A stretch of DNA of 63,453 bases, counting the filler, from Welwitschia mirabilis (Eukaryota), in the NCBI GenBank assembly GCA_051453625.1. It is 4 parts of one record of this genome, joined end to end, with 100 filler letters (N's around TTAATTAATTAA, not from the genome) between each part and the next. Parts side by side here need not be neighbours in the genome. Positions count along the whole stretch, not along the records: positions 1 to 29,727 come from JBOZIK010000001.1; 3 more parts are not named here. The stretch is one strand, 5' to 3'. How positions within the stretch are numbered: the stretch's first letter is position 1; every line of letters starts with the position of its first letter. Below the pieces are notes generated by a model that saw only the letters and a list, made by a program, of their open reading frames with translations, was not told the DNA's origin and ran no database searches. This document shows, piece by piece, positions 1 to 13,115 of the stretch. Made by a program: the position numbers and the translations under genes.

Positions 1-659
1 AACCACTATCAGAGGAGTAAGGACCTATGAAGCATGACCAACTAACCCCCTAATAGAGTTCTCATAACTATCATATTACACTACCAAAGGCTCCTCTCAA
101 AAATATATGCCTTAATGTACTTATGGTAGGACATTATGTTGACCATGGTTTTAAGATATAAAATAGAAAACATCATGGCCTTTAATTCACTTTTTTTATT
201 TTCTTTTTTTTATATGATCATACACTCAAGAAGACGAAGGTAAATAAGTGAGATAAAAAATATAATAGGAAAATAAGGCATCTTCCTTTAAATAAAGTCC
301 ATGGACATGGGAATGTCTCAAGATTGGGTGAATCCAATCTCACCACCTATAAATGTCCAAGTATAAAACTAATCATGATACTTCGCGAAGTAATACACAA
401 GTCAAGATTGCAAGATGATCAGGTAATATCATAATATTTAACCAAAGGAGTAAGCTAAGAAAGAAATTAGACAATGATAGGGAGAAATTCCTCCTCACTG
501 AGGGAAACCTCCAAAACAAGTGCTGCTACCATCTTCACAGTTGCATATAAAGATCCCTCATATAATTTCAACCATTACCTATTAACCTTCGGAATCTCTT
601 TAGTTTCCAAATCTAAAATTTTAAATGAGCCATTAAAATGCACTTTCTATACAAGGTAA

Positions 660-3600
660 GGACCTAACCATTTANNNNNNNNNNNNNNNNNNNNNNNNNN
701 NNNNNNNNNNNNNNNNNNNNNNNNNNNNNNNNNNNNNNNNNNNNNNNNNNNNNNNNNNNNNNNNNNNNNNNNNNAAGTGCTTCTACCGTGTTCACAGTTG
801 CATCTAAAGATCCCTCATATAATTTCAACCATTGTCCACTAACCTTCTGAATCTCTTTAGTTTTTAAATCTAAAATTTTAATTGAGCCATTAAAATGCAC
901 TTTCTGTACAAGATAAGGATCTAACCATTTAGAGATCAACTTGTTCTTCAAAAGGTAAACTCTAGTGTTATACAATAAAACCAGTTGACTTGGTTCAAAC
1001 TTTTTATGAAAAATCCTTTTATCATGTTTGAACTTTGCTTGGGCTTTATGAATTAATTAACGATGTATGATACTAGTTATTTATTCATTAAGATGATTTA
1101 ATTGTGCTAACCTATACTTAAGATTTTTAAAAAAGTCCATAAGATTGAGTTGATGAGTTGTACGATAATAATTATAACATATATTAATTGGTAAGATACA
1201 AAATTTACTATAAACAAGTTCATAAGATGAGAAACCAAGAGAATTACAACAAGTAGTACGATAGGCTCAAAGTACATTATTAAGTTTAGAAGTCCAAGTC
1301 TGTTTATTAATAGAGACAATTTTTTAAAGAATTTTCTTTATTTCTCTATTAGCATTTTCAGCTTATCCATTCATCTGAGGATGATAAGCATAAGCTATTA
1401 TATATTCAATTTTAATGGATAGAAGAAGTTTCTTAAAAAGTGAATTAATGAAATGAGTACCTTGGTCACTAATATGACTCTAGGAAAACTAAACCTCTGA
1501 AAGGTATGAGATCTAAGAAAATGACAAATAGTTTAGACATCATTCAAAGAAGTAGGTGTGGCTTTAACCCATTTAGTCATGTAATCAACAACCACTAAAA
1601 TATAATTTTTATTAAAAGAAGGTGAATGAATAGGGCCTATGAAATCAATACCCTAATAATCAAAAGGCTTGTACTTAAGAATAGGTCTAAGGAGCATTTC
1701 CTATAAATGAATAAGGCTACTAAAACACTGACAAGAATCATACCTTCTAACGAAATCAAATGAATCTTAAAAAAGAGAAGGCCAATAAAAACCAGGATTT
1801 TCATGGCAGTTTTATTTCCACTAAAATGTCCTCCCCAAACATCACCATGATAAAGATGAAGAATCTTAAGTATTTCCCAATCAGACATATATTTTTTCAT
1901 AATCTGGTCTTTTCACCTGGGTACAAATATGGCTCGATCCATTTATAGTCACCTATATAATGGAGAAAATATTTACACTAGTAATAAGTCTAATGTTATG
2001 GTCTTTTCATGGTTACAAGATAGTTGACAATGTCGACATACCATAGAAGAAGATGAGAAGAAGAAACAACGAAAAGCTACTTATCAGGAAAGGAATCATC
2101 AATGAGAATGCCATTTGGAGGAGAAGAAAGTTGAGACAAATGATCGAAAATAGAATTGTGCTTTCCTATTTTATGTATGATGGTCAAATTAAATTCTTAC
2201 ATAAGAAGGATTCATCTGATCAAACGAGCACTAGAGTTTTTCTTGGTCATGAGGTAAAAAATGGCAGCATGATTGGTATAAACATTCGTGTGAAATCCTA
2301 AAAGATAGTGTCTAAGAGAATCAAGGAAAAACATAATGACAAGAACTTTTTTTCTATAGTAGTGTAGTTCATCTAAGCTCTAGACAATGACTTTCTATAG
2401 TAAGATATAACTTTGAAGTCCTTCTCATATTTTTAGCAAAGAATTCTACCCATGGCAAAATTACTAGCATTATACATAAGATTAAATTTACATGTCTAAT
2501 CGAGTCTTATTATTATAGGAGCATAAGACAATCTATGTTTAAGCCTATCAAAAGCAATTTAACAAGATTCATTCCATTTGAATTTGACATCTTTCTCAAG
2601 TAATAAGTAAAGGGGTTTACAAATAAAAGCATAATCATAAATGAATCGATGGTAAAAATCACAATAACTAAGGAAAGATTAAACCTATTTAACATTTATA
2701 GGGGGAATAAGATTTTGAATAATACTAATTTTAAAAGCATCCATCTTAATCCCCTCCTAAGAAATGTGATAACCTAAAATAATTCCACTCTCTATAAGAA
2801 AATGACTCTTTTCCAACTCAAGTGAAGGCCACGAGTAATGCATCGATCTAAAAATTTCTCTAAACGATATAAGATTTACTCAAAAGTTTTGTCATAAATA
2901 GAGAAGTTATCCATGAAAATCTTAATGGAATCCTCAAGCATATCAGAAAAAATACCCATCATGTCACACTGAAAGGTACCAAGAGCATTGCAAAGTCCGA
3001 AAGGCATGCATCTAAAGGAAAAGGTACCAAAAGGAGAAGTGAAGGTAGTCTTCTCTTGGTCCTCAATGGGAATGCAAACTTGATTGTAACCACTACAACT
3101 ATCAATAAAATAGTAAAAAACATGTCCCTAAATCCTATCAAGAATTTGATTGAGAAAAGGTAAACGAAAGTGTTCTTTTTCAGTTATCTCATTTAGTTTT
3201 TAGAAGTCTATGCACATATTTCATTTTTGATCCTTTTTAGGTACTACCATTAAGGGGATAAACGACTCACTATTAGAAATGGAGTAAATGATTCTAGTAT
3301 CTATAATTTTTATGATTTCATCTTTTACCATTTTCTTTAGGGCTAGATTTAGTCTGTGTTAGGGTTTTCTCACAGGTTTTGTATTTTCTTTGAGGTAGAT
3401 TTTGTGTTTTACAATGGAAGTGGGAATGGCTAATAGATCATTATGAAACCAAGCAAATGCATAAAACTTTGACTCTAAAAGAGAAATAAGATTAGATTCT
3501 TATTGAGGTAAGAGATTTTTGTTGATAATCAAAGGTTTATTCAGATCTCTATTCAGAAAAATGTATTTCAGTCCATTGACTAAAGTTTTTAGGTTTAGGT

Positions 3601-4310
3601 TAAGGTTTAGACTTTTAGTTTCTCAAAACTTTTTCAAAAAGTTGACTGTCATCTTAGACTATCATCCAGAAATTATTAGTGGACAACTAAGCTCAACACA
3701 AGAATTCTCAAGGTTTTTAGTTTCTCAAACTTTAAAATAAGTTATAGACTCATACTTACTCCTTCTTAGATCAAAAAACTCAGTGGGTAGATGATCAAAC
3801 TCAAGTTATTCATTAAGCACATAAAGGTAGTTTACTTCCATTTGATCATCAAACAGGGTTGGCTCATGAAGCATGGACCATCTCTCCTCAAGTGAATGGT
3901 GCTGTAAAAATAAGGTTAATTTTATTTTTTTTTTCAAACCTAAATCGTTGCCTAAATCTTTTTTGACCACATTAAATACTTTTATTAAAAATCATTTATT
4001 TCCAAAATGATACTTCATCAATCTGGTTCTTGTGTTTAGTATGCAATGGGCTGTTGCACAGAAAGCTCTAGCTAGAAGTAGGGGATATCCACCATGATGA
4101 TCAACTTCTAAAACAACTATATCAATTGGGTAGAAAGCTTCCTCTATTTGAATGACCAAATCCTTGATCACACTTAAAGGTTTCTTCATAGATGTATTAG
4201 CTAACTCTAATATAATGCATGTAGGCTCTACTATTTCTTCTAATCCAAGATGTTGACAAATGCGCAAGGATATAATATTGACACTAGATCTTATATCTAT
4301 CAAGGATTTC
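660..4310 (-). pseudogene. pol: Degenerate gypsy pol of E1 (protease 3992-4303, RT about 2650-3400, RNase H about 2200-2500, integrase about 660-1900)
   Basis: ORF fragments 3992..4303, 1637..1900, 664..975 plus manual reading; many stops and frameshifts. Confidence 0.85.
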
Positions 4311-4359
4311 TTAATTCTATGGTTTTCCTCTAAAGTGACACTAATGCTTACTGCCCCTG

Positions 4360-6970
4360 GATCTCAAAATTTGGACACTTTTTGTAAATTAAGTTGCTAA
4401 TGGATTGAGCTAAGAAGACTTTACCAGGAATGGTTCATTTTTATTTTCTTCTTATTAGGTCTTTCTTTAGCTTAAAGTATTTTTGATTCTCTTGTAAAAG
4501 TTTCCAAAAAGATAAGTTGATAGGGAAGGAATGATTTTCTATGATTTCTATGTCCTCTCCCTTATCATTTTTATCACTTTTGGAAAGTTGAAGCCTCATG
4601 GTTAGGGAGAGTTGTATCATTTCCACTTCTTTTCATCACCTTACAATATTTTAGTACTTCATTAGAATTTGGTAAAGGTTGAATGGAAAGGGTTTCTTAT
4701 GGTATTTAATTGGAAAGAATGGTTTATTATAAAATACTTATAAGACTTTCTATGTTTACATTTGTTTTCTTTGAAGTTTTNNNNNNNNNNNNNNNNNNNN
4801 NNNNNNNNNNNNNNNNNNNNNNNNNNNNNNNNNNNNNNNNNNNNNNNNNNNNNNNNNNNNNNNNNNNNNNNNNNNNNNNNNNNNNNNNNNNNNNNNNNNN
4901 NNNNNNNNNNNNNNNNNNNNNNNNNNNNNNNNNNNNNNNNNNNNNNNNNNNNNNNNNNNNNNNNNNNNNNNNNNNNNNNNNNNNNNNNNNNNNNNNNNNN
5001 NNNNNNNNNNNNNNNNNNNNNNNNNNNCTTTAAACTTTGGATATTTCCGTAAGACTAAGTTGTTAATGGATTAAGTTAAGAAGACATTCCTAAGGATAGT
5101 TAGAATATTTATGATTCTCTTATAAAATTTTCCAAAATGGAAAATTAATACTTACATTTTGTATTAAGGCTTTAAAATATTCATCAAAAGTGGGTTAAGT
5201 GTTAAATCTAAGCCAAGGGGTAGCACATTTATTATCTTTTTCATAAGAAGAATGTTTCTTTTTATTTCTTAAACAAGAAGGAAAAATTGATTTTCTAACA
5301 TTTCTATATCCTCTTATTCCTTATTATTTTTATAATGTTAAAATGTTGAGGCCTCATGGATAGGAGGTGTTGTTTTATTTCCACTTCTTGTCACAACCTA
5401 ATAATGTTTCTTAACTTCATTTGGACTTCGTAAATATTGTATGGCAAGTGGCTCATATGATCTTTGATTAGTAAGCATGGTTTGTTATAAAAGAGTTACA
5501 AGATTTTCTATGTTTTCATTTATATTCTCTTAAGTTTTTCTCAAATCCTTAATGGAATTATTAAGAGGATCACTATGGTTTTTGGAGTTAGAAGGGCTTG
5601 CCAAGTTATTTAGATGGTTGAGTTAAAAGTTTGAATGTTCAAATAGACTTCTGAAAGGATGAAAGTTAGGATAACTTATTTGGAAATTGCTATGATTTGG
5701 TTGCTCATTCATTATATTTTAAAAATTGTGATTTGGGACTTGTCTTTGTTTATAGTTTTGAATGTAATTGGAAGGTCTTTAGTTGAAGGTACCTACTTTC
5801 TCATAGATTCTCTCTTTGTAAGTAGGAAGTAATAGGCACTCTTTTATGACATGATAGCTATCTTCACGTAAATCACATGTTGGAATAATAACTTCACTCT
5901 TCTCAATTACCACTTTAGCATCAAGGATCATCTAGGTATATTTCTCTAAGGTAGACCTAAAATCCTTAATGATGCTAGTTGGTTCATTTTCTATTTTGAT
6001 TTCAGTCTTATTATGCTTGACTTTTTTTAAGTCCTTAATGATTTGATCCATTGCTTGGTTTTCTCTAGAGGAAGATTTAAACTAAGTTTGACTTACTTTG
6101 ACTAAATCTTCTAACACCTTCCAAGCATCTTATAAAGTTTGGTTTAAGAGGTTACCTTCATAAGAGAAATCTATGAGTTTCTTGATATAACTATTTAATC
6201 CACTGTAAAAATAGATAGTTAACTCTACCTCTGAAAAGGCATCTATAGGGTTTGAATGTAAAGCAAAAAAGAATTGCTTATACACAAAGGCATAGTCTTT
6301 ATTAGGCAATTATTGAAAGTTTGTAACTTCTTTCTTATGCTTCTAGATGGAAGTTTTTCTTATGAATCTTTTAATGAAGGATTCTTGAACTTGACTCCAA
6401 GATTTAAGGCTCTTATGGGGAATCATTCTAAGTTAAAGTTTTGCTTCACCTCTCAAGGACATTGGAAAGATAATCATGTAGCTTTTATCACTTATTCATT
6501 TTTTATTGTTTTCAGAATTAAGGATAGCTTGTTCAATTTTAGTGATGTGTTATATAGGATCTTCATCAAGTTCTCCACTAAAAGTAGGATAAGCATTCAA
6601 GTTTCAAAGTTCTACATCATCACCAGGAGGTAAGTCAAAAGGATTTTAAATTTCATGTTTTTTATTTGCTATAAGATCTCTTAAGATGGCATGAGTATTG
6701 GGTTGAGAAGGAGAAAAAGTAAGGGTTTCAATGATAGGGGGTGGACTTGGAGAGACAGGTTATTTATGTTTTTATTCCAAGGTCAACATGGTAGCAAAAT
6801 CAAACTCTACAGAATTAAAAGTGGAAATTGTAGGAATTTCAAAGTCTCGCATACCTTCACTGTTTTGATTAGTTTCTAATTCAAGATTTATCAAACCTTT
6901 TCTGATGTTTTCAGTAATTAATTGTTGCTCTCTTTGGTATTTTTCCTTTTTTCCATACTTAACCATTCAT
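4360..6970 (-). pseudogene. gag: Degenerate gag of E1 with a duplicated C-terminal segment
   Basis: Position between PBS and protease; homologous to gag of E2 (10755-12590) and of 54090-54800. Confidence 0.7.
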
Positions 6971-7290
6971 ACTCTATCTTGGATCTGTGAAAATGGTGTC
7001 TCATACATTGTCCAGATAATAACCTAGCTGACAGAAACATAGAAAACACAAAAAAAGGAAAAGCAGAAACATAAACAAAAACTGAGTTTTTAACAGGTTA
7101 GGAAAATAGACTATCATCTACCAGTGTCATTTGGATGATAGAGGGGACGATGATACTAACATTATAAGATTTTAGTAAAAAAACTAAGACAAAAAAACTT
7201 ACGCTCCTACTAGTACTCTTACACCACTACTACAGCAAGCATTCAGAATACTTACCAAAGCAACAATAACTCTCGAACTCTAAGTAGCTT

Positions 7291-7308
7291 TTCCCAGCAA
7301 TAGTACCA
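7291..7308 (-). promoter_or_regulatory. Primer-binding site, tRNA-Asp type (degenerate)
   Basis: Reverse complement TGGTACTATTGCTGGGAA versus canonical TGGCGCCGTTGCCGGGGA, 3 nt after the LTR end ...GTAACA. Confidence 0.75.
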
Positions 7309-7311
7309 AGG

Positions 7312-8412
7312 TGTTACAGTGCATATTTATGCAATATTTATGTCTNNNNNNNNNNNNNNNNNNNNNNNNNNNNNNNNNNNNNNNNNNNNNNNNNNNNNNN
7401 NNNNNNNNNNNNNNNNNNNNNNNNNNNNNNNNNNNNNNNNNNNNNNNNNNNNNNNNNNNNNNNNNNNNNNNNNNNNNNNNNNNNNNNNNNNNNNNNNNNN
7501 NNNNNNNNNNNNNNNNNNNNNNNNNNNNNNNNNNNNNNNNNNNNNNNNNNNNNNNNNNNNNNNNNNNNNNNNNNNNNNNNNNNNNNNNNNNNNNNNNNNN
7601 NNNNNNNNNNNNNNNNNNNNNNNNNNNNNNNNNNNNNNNNNNNNNNNNNNNNNNNNNNNNNNNNNNNNNNNNNNNNNNNNNNNNNNNNNNNNNNNNNNNN
7701 NNNNNNNNNNNNNNNNNNNNNNNNNNNNNNNNNNNNNNNNNNNNNNNNNNNNNNNNNNNNNNNNNNNNNNNNNNNNNNNNNNNNNNNNNNNNNNNNNNNN
7801 NNNNNNNNNNNNNNNNNNNNNNNNNNNNNNNNNNNNNNNNNNNNNNNNNNNNNNNNNNNNNNNNNNNNNNNNNNNNNNNNNNNNNNNNNNNNNNNNNNNN
7901 NNNNNNNNNNNNNNNNNNNNNNNNNNNNNNNNNNNNNNNNNNNNNNNNNNNNNNNNNNNNNNNNNNNNNNNNNNNNNNNNNNNNNNNNNNNNNNNNNNNN
8001 NNNTCAGTGCAAATGTCAGAAAATAGTGTCATTCGTATGGTCATCCAGACGATATAGGAGATGATGCCAACTAATAGTTAGATCCTTATCTGCTACTAGT
8101 TTGACTACCTGTGAGGCCTATCATTGACCAATTTTGTGATCATCTGTACTAATGTCTAGATGATTAGATAGATGATAGTCTTTAAAGGATTTTTAATTAG
8201 TCTAGTTGCTTTGTTATTTGCAAGAAATTATCATTCAAAATATCATTCATTCATATTTGTATAGGATGTTTGTAATTTAGCTAGAAATAGCATATTTCTA
8301 TTCTTTTCATCTTGATTCTCCATTATCATGGGAACTAAGCATTTATTTGCCAATTTACCTATGAAATAACTCAAAATATCCTATCAAATATATGTAAGTT
8401 GGTGGCATAACA
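7312..8412 (-). repeat. 5' LTR of E1 (interior largely N)
   Basis: Minus strand begins TGTTATGCCACCAACTTACATATATTTGATAGG (similar to LTR starts at 15498 and 55301) and ends ...GCACTGTAACA before the PBS; interrupts copia integrase right after ...ESIFVGY. Confidence 0.75.
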
Positions 8413-9241
8413 CATAGCCAACAAAAATTGATTCTATTACTTTCTCATTAAGTTTGCCTCTTATTTGTGATGGTATATGTACCTAACATTTACTATTGAA
8501 AATTCTTACATGAGAAAGATTGGGTTTATGTCCAACTAAAAATTTGAATGATGTCTTCTTTAAGTTATGCTTATTAATGAGTCTATTATTTATGTAGTTC
8601 ATAGTATACATTTCTTCATTCCACATGTGCTTTGGTGCTTTTGCATGATTTAACATTACTTTTATCATATCAAACAAACTGCAATTCCTTCTTTATACTA
8701 CACCATTTGCTTTAGGTATGTATGGTAATGTTCTTTCTTAAATAATATCATTAGAATCATAAAATAATCTATACTCATTAAAATAAAACTCTATTTCTTA
8801 ATCTGATCTAATTCTTTTAACTTTTGCATTAAAAGAGTTTTTAACATGCACTTTAAAAAGCTTTAAAAAAATGAAAAGTCTCTGATTTTGCCTTCATTGT
8901 ATACACATAGTTATATCTGCTAAAACCATCAACTAAAACATAAATATACCTTACTCCACTTCTTACTTGGGGTTCTATTGGTAGTTATTAGATTCATATG
9001 AATTAACTTCAACTTTGTAGTTATCCTTCCTTAAATACTTAAATGGCTATTTCTTGTTAACTTTTCTTTGGTGCAAGCTATACATTACAATCCACTTCTT
9101 TATTCATAGTTTCCATGCCTCTTAAAATTTGATTTTTAAACATTTTTTTGCAAGTAATGATGATTGACATGTTTTAGTCTAGCATGTCATAAGTCTTCTC
9201 TTATGGTTCCCTCAAATTCTATAAAGTTCATCATTAATGGC

Positions 9242-10316
9242 TATTGCACTACTAATTTATGATTATTTGATAGGGTTTTATGAGTTGTTTTATAGGACTT
9301 TTTAATAGGTTTAGGTGCAATTCTGATGATTTTGAAGATATAAGAGGAAATCTCAGAAAATTGAGATTCTTATCCAAATTTGATTTATTAAAGGTACTTT
9401 CTAATGCATAGATCTTCGAATAAGGATTCATGACAAAAAATTCTAAGTTCTCTTCAAGGAAATGATCAAAGAAGACCATCATCCCCTTCATCATCCCCAC
9501 AACAGGTAGGACAATAACTGCTAATGTGGACTATTGAGCCATTATTTTGAAAATATTTTATAATATACTATCATTCCCACTATTATTCGGATGATAACCT
9601 AGATGACACTAAATGTAACCAACTCTAACAGCTATCCATAACTGTTTTGTTCATTTTTGAGTCATTTATAAGTGCACCTAATTGCACCTATCGTGTGTCC
9701 TTTTATGCTATATTTTCTTATAAATAAGTCTTTCTTTGACTCTCCTTCTTATCTTTGTTGCATTAGAAATCCTCGTGATAAGAGGTCAAAGGGTGAAAGA
9801 TTCATCTGTATGTGTTGCAGAAAGACATGCACTTAGTGGAGGGCTATGTATCCTTTATTGAGACTAGACTATTTTGTAACCTAGATGTTATTACTCTTTT
9901 AATATAAAACTTGGTTTTATTTTTATGATTGCATCTTAGATTTTCTGATTACTCTTATAGTTTATGATTGCCTTTGATTTGGTAATAATTTTTTGGGTGA
10001 CATAGATCATCAAGGGTAGTCTTTGTTAAGATTAAAGGCAAGTAGAGTTAGGGTTATTTTTGCATTACATGTTAGTTTAGATTGCATCTTACATTTTTCA
10101 TTGTATCTTTATTTCTTTGCATTATTATTTATTCTTAATTACTAGTTTCATTTACAAAGCAACCTGAGTCTCATACTCATAGAATTTATTATGGATACGA
10201 CATTTCGGGTTAACTCCCACTATACTAATGTGATGTATTATGTAAGCTATCTATTGTAGTTATAAATAATAGGATATCTTCAAATGTAAACTCTTACAAA
10301 AATACACACTACAACA
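9242..10316 (+). repeat. 5' LTR of E2
   Basis: TATTGCACTACT...ACTACAACA; aligns along its length with 15498-16559; initial TG decayed to TA. Confidence 0.9.
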
Positions 10317-10319
10317 AAT

Positions 10320-10337
10320 TTACGCTATTGCCGGGGA
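10320..10337 (+). promoter_or_regulatory. Primer-binding site, tRNA-Asp type
   Basis: TTACGCTATTGCCGGGGA, 14/18 match to TGGCGCCGTTGCCGGGGA. Confidence 0.8.
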
Positions 10338-10754
10338 AGGCTATTGAGGAGTACAAGGGTTGTCATCATTTAAGTGAGTATATTAGACCTCTATTCAGTT
10401 ATTTGTTTGTGTGACGTTATACTTTATTGGAAGCTATAGGTTTTTTGTGTGTTGCTTTTTAATTTTGGCTTTTCAGATTTAATTTTCTATAGAAAAAGAA
10501 TGGTCATACCTCTATCATCTCCATAATAGTCAGGATGATAGTGTTCATTTTTCACTTTTAGTTTTATTTTTGGATTGTGATTTTCATGAAATAAATTATT
10601 TTTTGTCATCTCTTGTGACATCTAGATGACTAGGTGGATGATAAGCCTATTTTCTGTGTTTTTTGATTTTTGTTTTCTTTTGGTTCTATTTCTATTTTTC
10701 TAATTTTTTTATGTGTCATTCTTTTTGTCATTCTCATATAGATAGGATGATGGT

Positions 10755-13115
10755 ATGTTATTTTTGATCTATTTCCTATTATTTGCTTTTTACAAGATGT
10801 TACAATATGGTCAACATAGAGAAGAGATATTTGAGAGAAAATCTACTAATAGAAAAGACATCAAAGAAGAACTAGTGGATATAGAAAATGAATCAGAAAA
10901 TAAATCTCTAGGTGCACTCAAACCCTCTTTCAAATTTACTTTTTTTGGGTTAGATTTTCTTGACAAAAACCCTATAGAAGGAGAGAACTAATTTACAATG
11001 TTAAGTGCCTTCCATAAGTAGAAATAAGTTGTAGGTCCTTCTACCCCTAATGTAAACCTCACCCTTAAAGAATTATTATTCAACAAGAAAAGAGAAATTC
11101 AAACACCTTTTGATCTCCCCTTAAGAGATGATGCAAGCTTAAAAATTTACATGTCTACCTAACTTTTAGTGGAGAAGATGATGAAAATCTCCTTCAACAC
11201 CTTAGAGAGATTGAACAACTAATCCTTACCTTGGAAAATGGGAAGAAAAAAGTAACAAATAGAATATATATGGTAATATTTCTCATGACATTAAAGGGTA
11301 GGAAAAAACTTTAGCTAAAAACTATATCCAAAAAAAGCTTAAAAACATGGGATCAAATCCAGTAAACCTTTGTAAAAAGATTCATAAGTGAAGAAACTAT
11401 GAGAAAAAGAAAAGAAGAGATAATAAACTTCCAACAAAAACCAAATAAAGATTATGCTTCTACTTATAAACATTTATCTATAGTAATCCATTGTAATCTA
11501 GTAGATGCCTTTTCAAGAGTAGAACAACTAGATCATTTTTATAGTGGATTGATTCCCCACATGAAACAACTTCTATATTTCTCTTGTGGTTGAAACCTCA
11601 TGAACCTTACATTAGAAGATGTCTAGACAAAATTAGAAGAACTTGTGGAGGTTAGTCAAGCTTGGTCAACACCTAAAGAAAATCAAACTGTAGGCCATCA
11701 AAAATAAGTAGAAGCTAATCCTATAAATTCTATGAAAGATTTTACAAAAACCTTGGATAAATATGTAGAAATAATTTTAAATGCCAAATCTATAATCAAG
11801 AAAAATGTTATGCAAACTTGTGACTTAAGTGAAGATAATTATCATATTACTAAAAACTGTCCCCTTTTTTCCAACATACAAAGAAAGAATTCAAGAAGAA
11901 GTTTATGCTTTCAACCAACCATCTCAAAAATTCCATCAAGCACAACTAAGATTGAACACTCATTTTTAAAACAATCCTCAACCTTTTAGAAATTAACTTG
12001 AAAATACAAACTACCCACCAAGTTCATCTAGTTACCAATATCCAAGTGATTCAATCATAAACCTTACAGATGAAATTAGAAGATCACAAAAAGAAACAAA
12101 TTCCAAACTTGAAAACTTAATAAGCATCCTTTAATAAACAATGATATCAAATCAAAAACCTTAAATAACTTTAGCAACGCAACCTTTATTAAACCCAAAT
12201 AATCTAAAAAAAGATTATAAGGTTGTGACAAGAAGTGGACAATAAATAAACCCTCCTCTATGTGAATCTTCCACNNNNNNNNNNNNNNNNNNNNNNNNNN
12301 NNNNNNNNNNNNNNNNNNNNNNNNNNNNNNNNNNNNNNNNNNNNNNNNNNNNNNNNNNNNNNNNNNNNNNNAAAAATCCTTTTCAACAAATCACCCATTG
12401 AATGAATAGGCTTAATAACAATTCAACTTTCAATGATCACTTAAAAGCCATGATGAAAAATGTGAGCATAAACTTACCTTTTTGGAAAGTTTTATAAGAA
12501 AATCTAAGGTACTAAAAATTATGAAAAGACCTAATAAGAAAAAAACATAAATGAGTTATTCCTAGAAAAGTCTTTCTAGCCCAATCCCTCGTGAACTTAG
12601 TTTTACAAAAATCACTCAAATTTAAAGATATAAGAGCAACCACGGTGAATGTTATTGTAGAGGAAAATAAAAAGATTAGGAAATCCTTAATTAAAATTAG
12701 AGTAAGTGATAATATTATGCCACTTCATATTTGTAAGAGACTTGGTTTGGAGGATAGAATAGAGCCTACTTCAATTGTCTTAGAATTAGTAAACACATCA
12801 GTTAAGAAATTGTTAGATGTCATTAAAGATTTGGCAATTCAAATAGAATAGGCTTACTACCCTATAGATGTGATTATCATAAAATTAGAGCATAACAGAG
12901 AATACCCTTTACTTCTAGGTAGAGCCTTTTGTACAATATTCCACTACATCATTGACACAAGAATAGGAACAATAAAATGTCATTTTGGAAATAGAACATT
13001 TACAATAAGAGTCTTTAAAGTAGCTAAGAAAGATTTGGGTAATGATGAAACTAACATTCAAAACAATATCAAACCAACCTTATTCTTACAACATCACCCA
13101 CTTGAAGAAAGATAG
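10755..13115 (+). pseudogene. gag: Degenerate gag-protease of E2
   Basis: EEIINFQQKPNKDYAS...HFYSGL (retrotransposon gag), CDLSEDNYHITKNC (zinc-knuckle-like), protease IEPTSIVLELVNTSVKK...YPLLLGRAFC closely matching E1 ORF 3992..4303. Confidence 0.8.

Larger units (their letters stand above)
1..8412 (-). mobile_element. Athila-like Ty3/gypsy LTR retrotransposon E1 (all gag-pol domains, degenerate; 3' LTR outside window), inserted into the integrase of copia A
   Basis: Minus-strand order LTR (8412-7312), tRNA-Asp-type PBS, gag, protease (IDIRSSVNI...LLLARAFCATA), RT (IFMDNFS at about 2900-2920), RNase H, integrase (HGDVWGGHFSGNKTAMKIL; KLISKWLDPY), then a 3' UTR block. Gypsy domain order RT-RH-INT. 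Confidence 0.88.

Noticed and set aside
518..930. Duplication of the integrase C-terminus around the 675-774 gap
   Set aside because: Flanks a 100-N gap; a paralog or haplotype mis-join cannot be distinguished from a real duplication without reads
10320..10337. tRNA genes at the tRNA-complementary sites
   Set aside because: Only about 18 nt complementary to tRNA 3' ends, directly after LTRs; these are PBSs
10503..10753. CRISPR-like array from spaced palindromic repeats
   Set aside because: Plant retrotransposon context, degenerate repeats, T-rich low-complexity spacers and no cas genes
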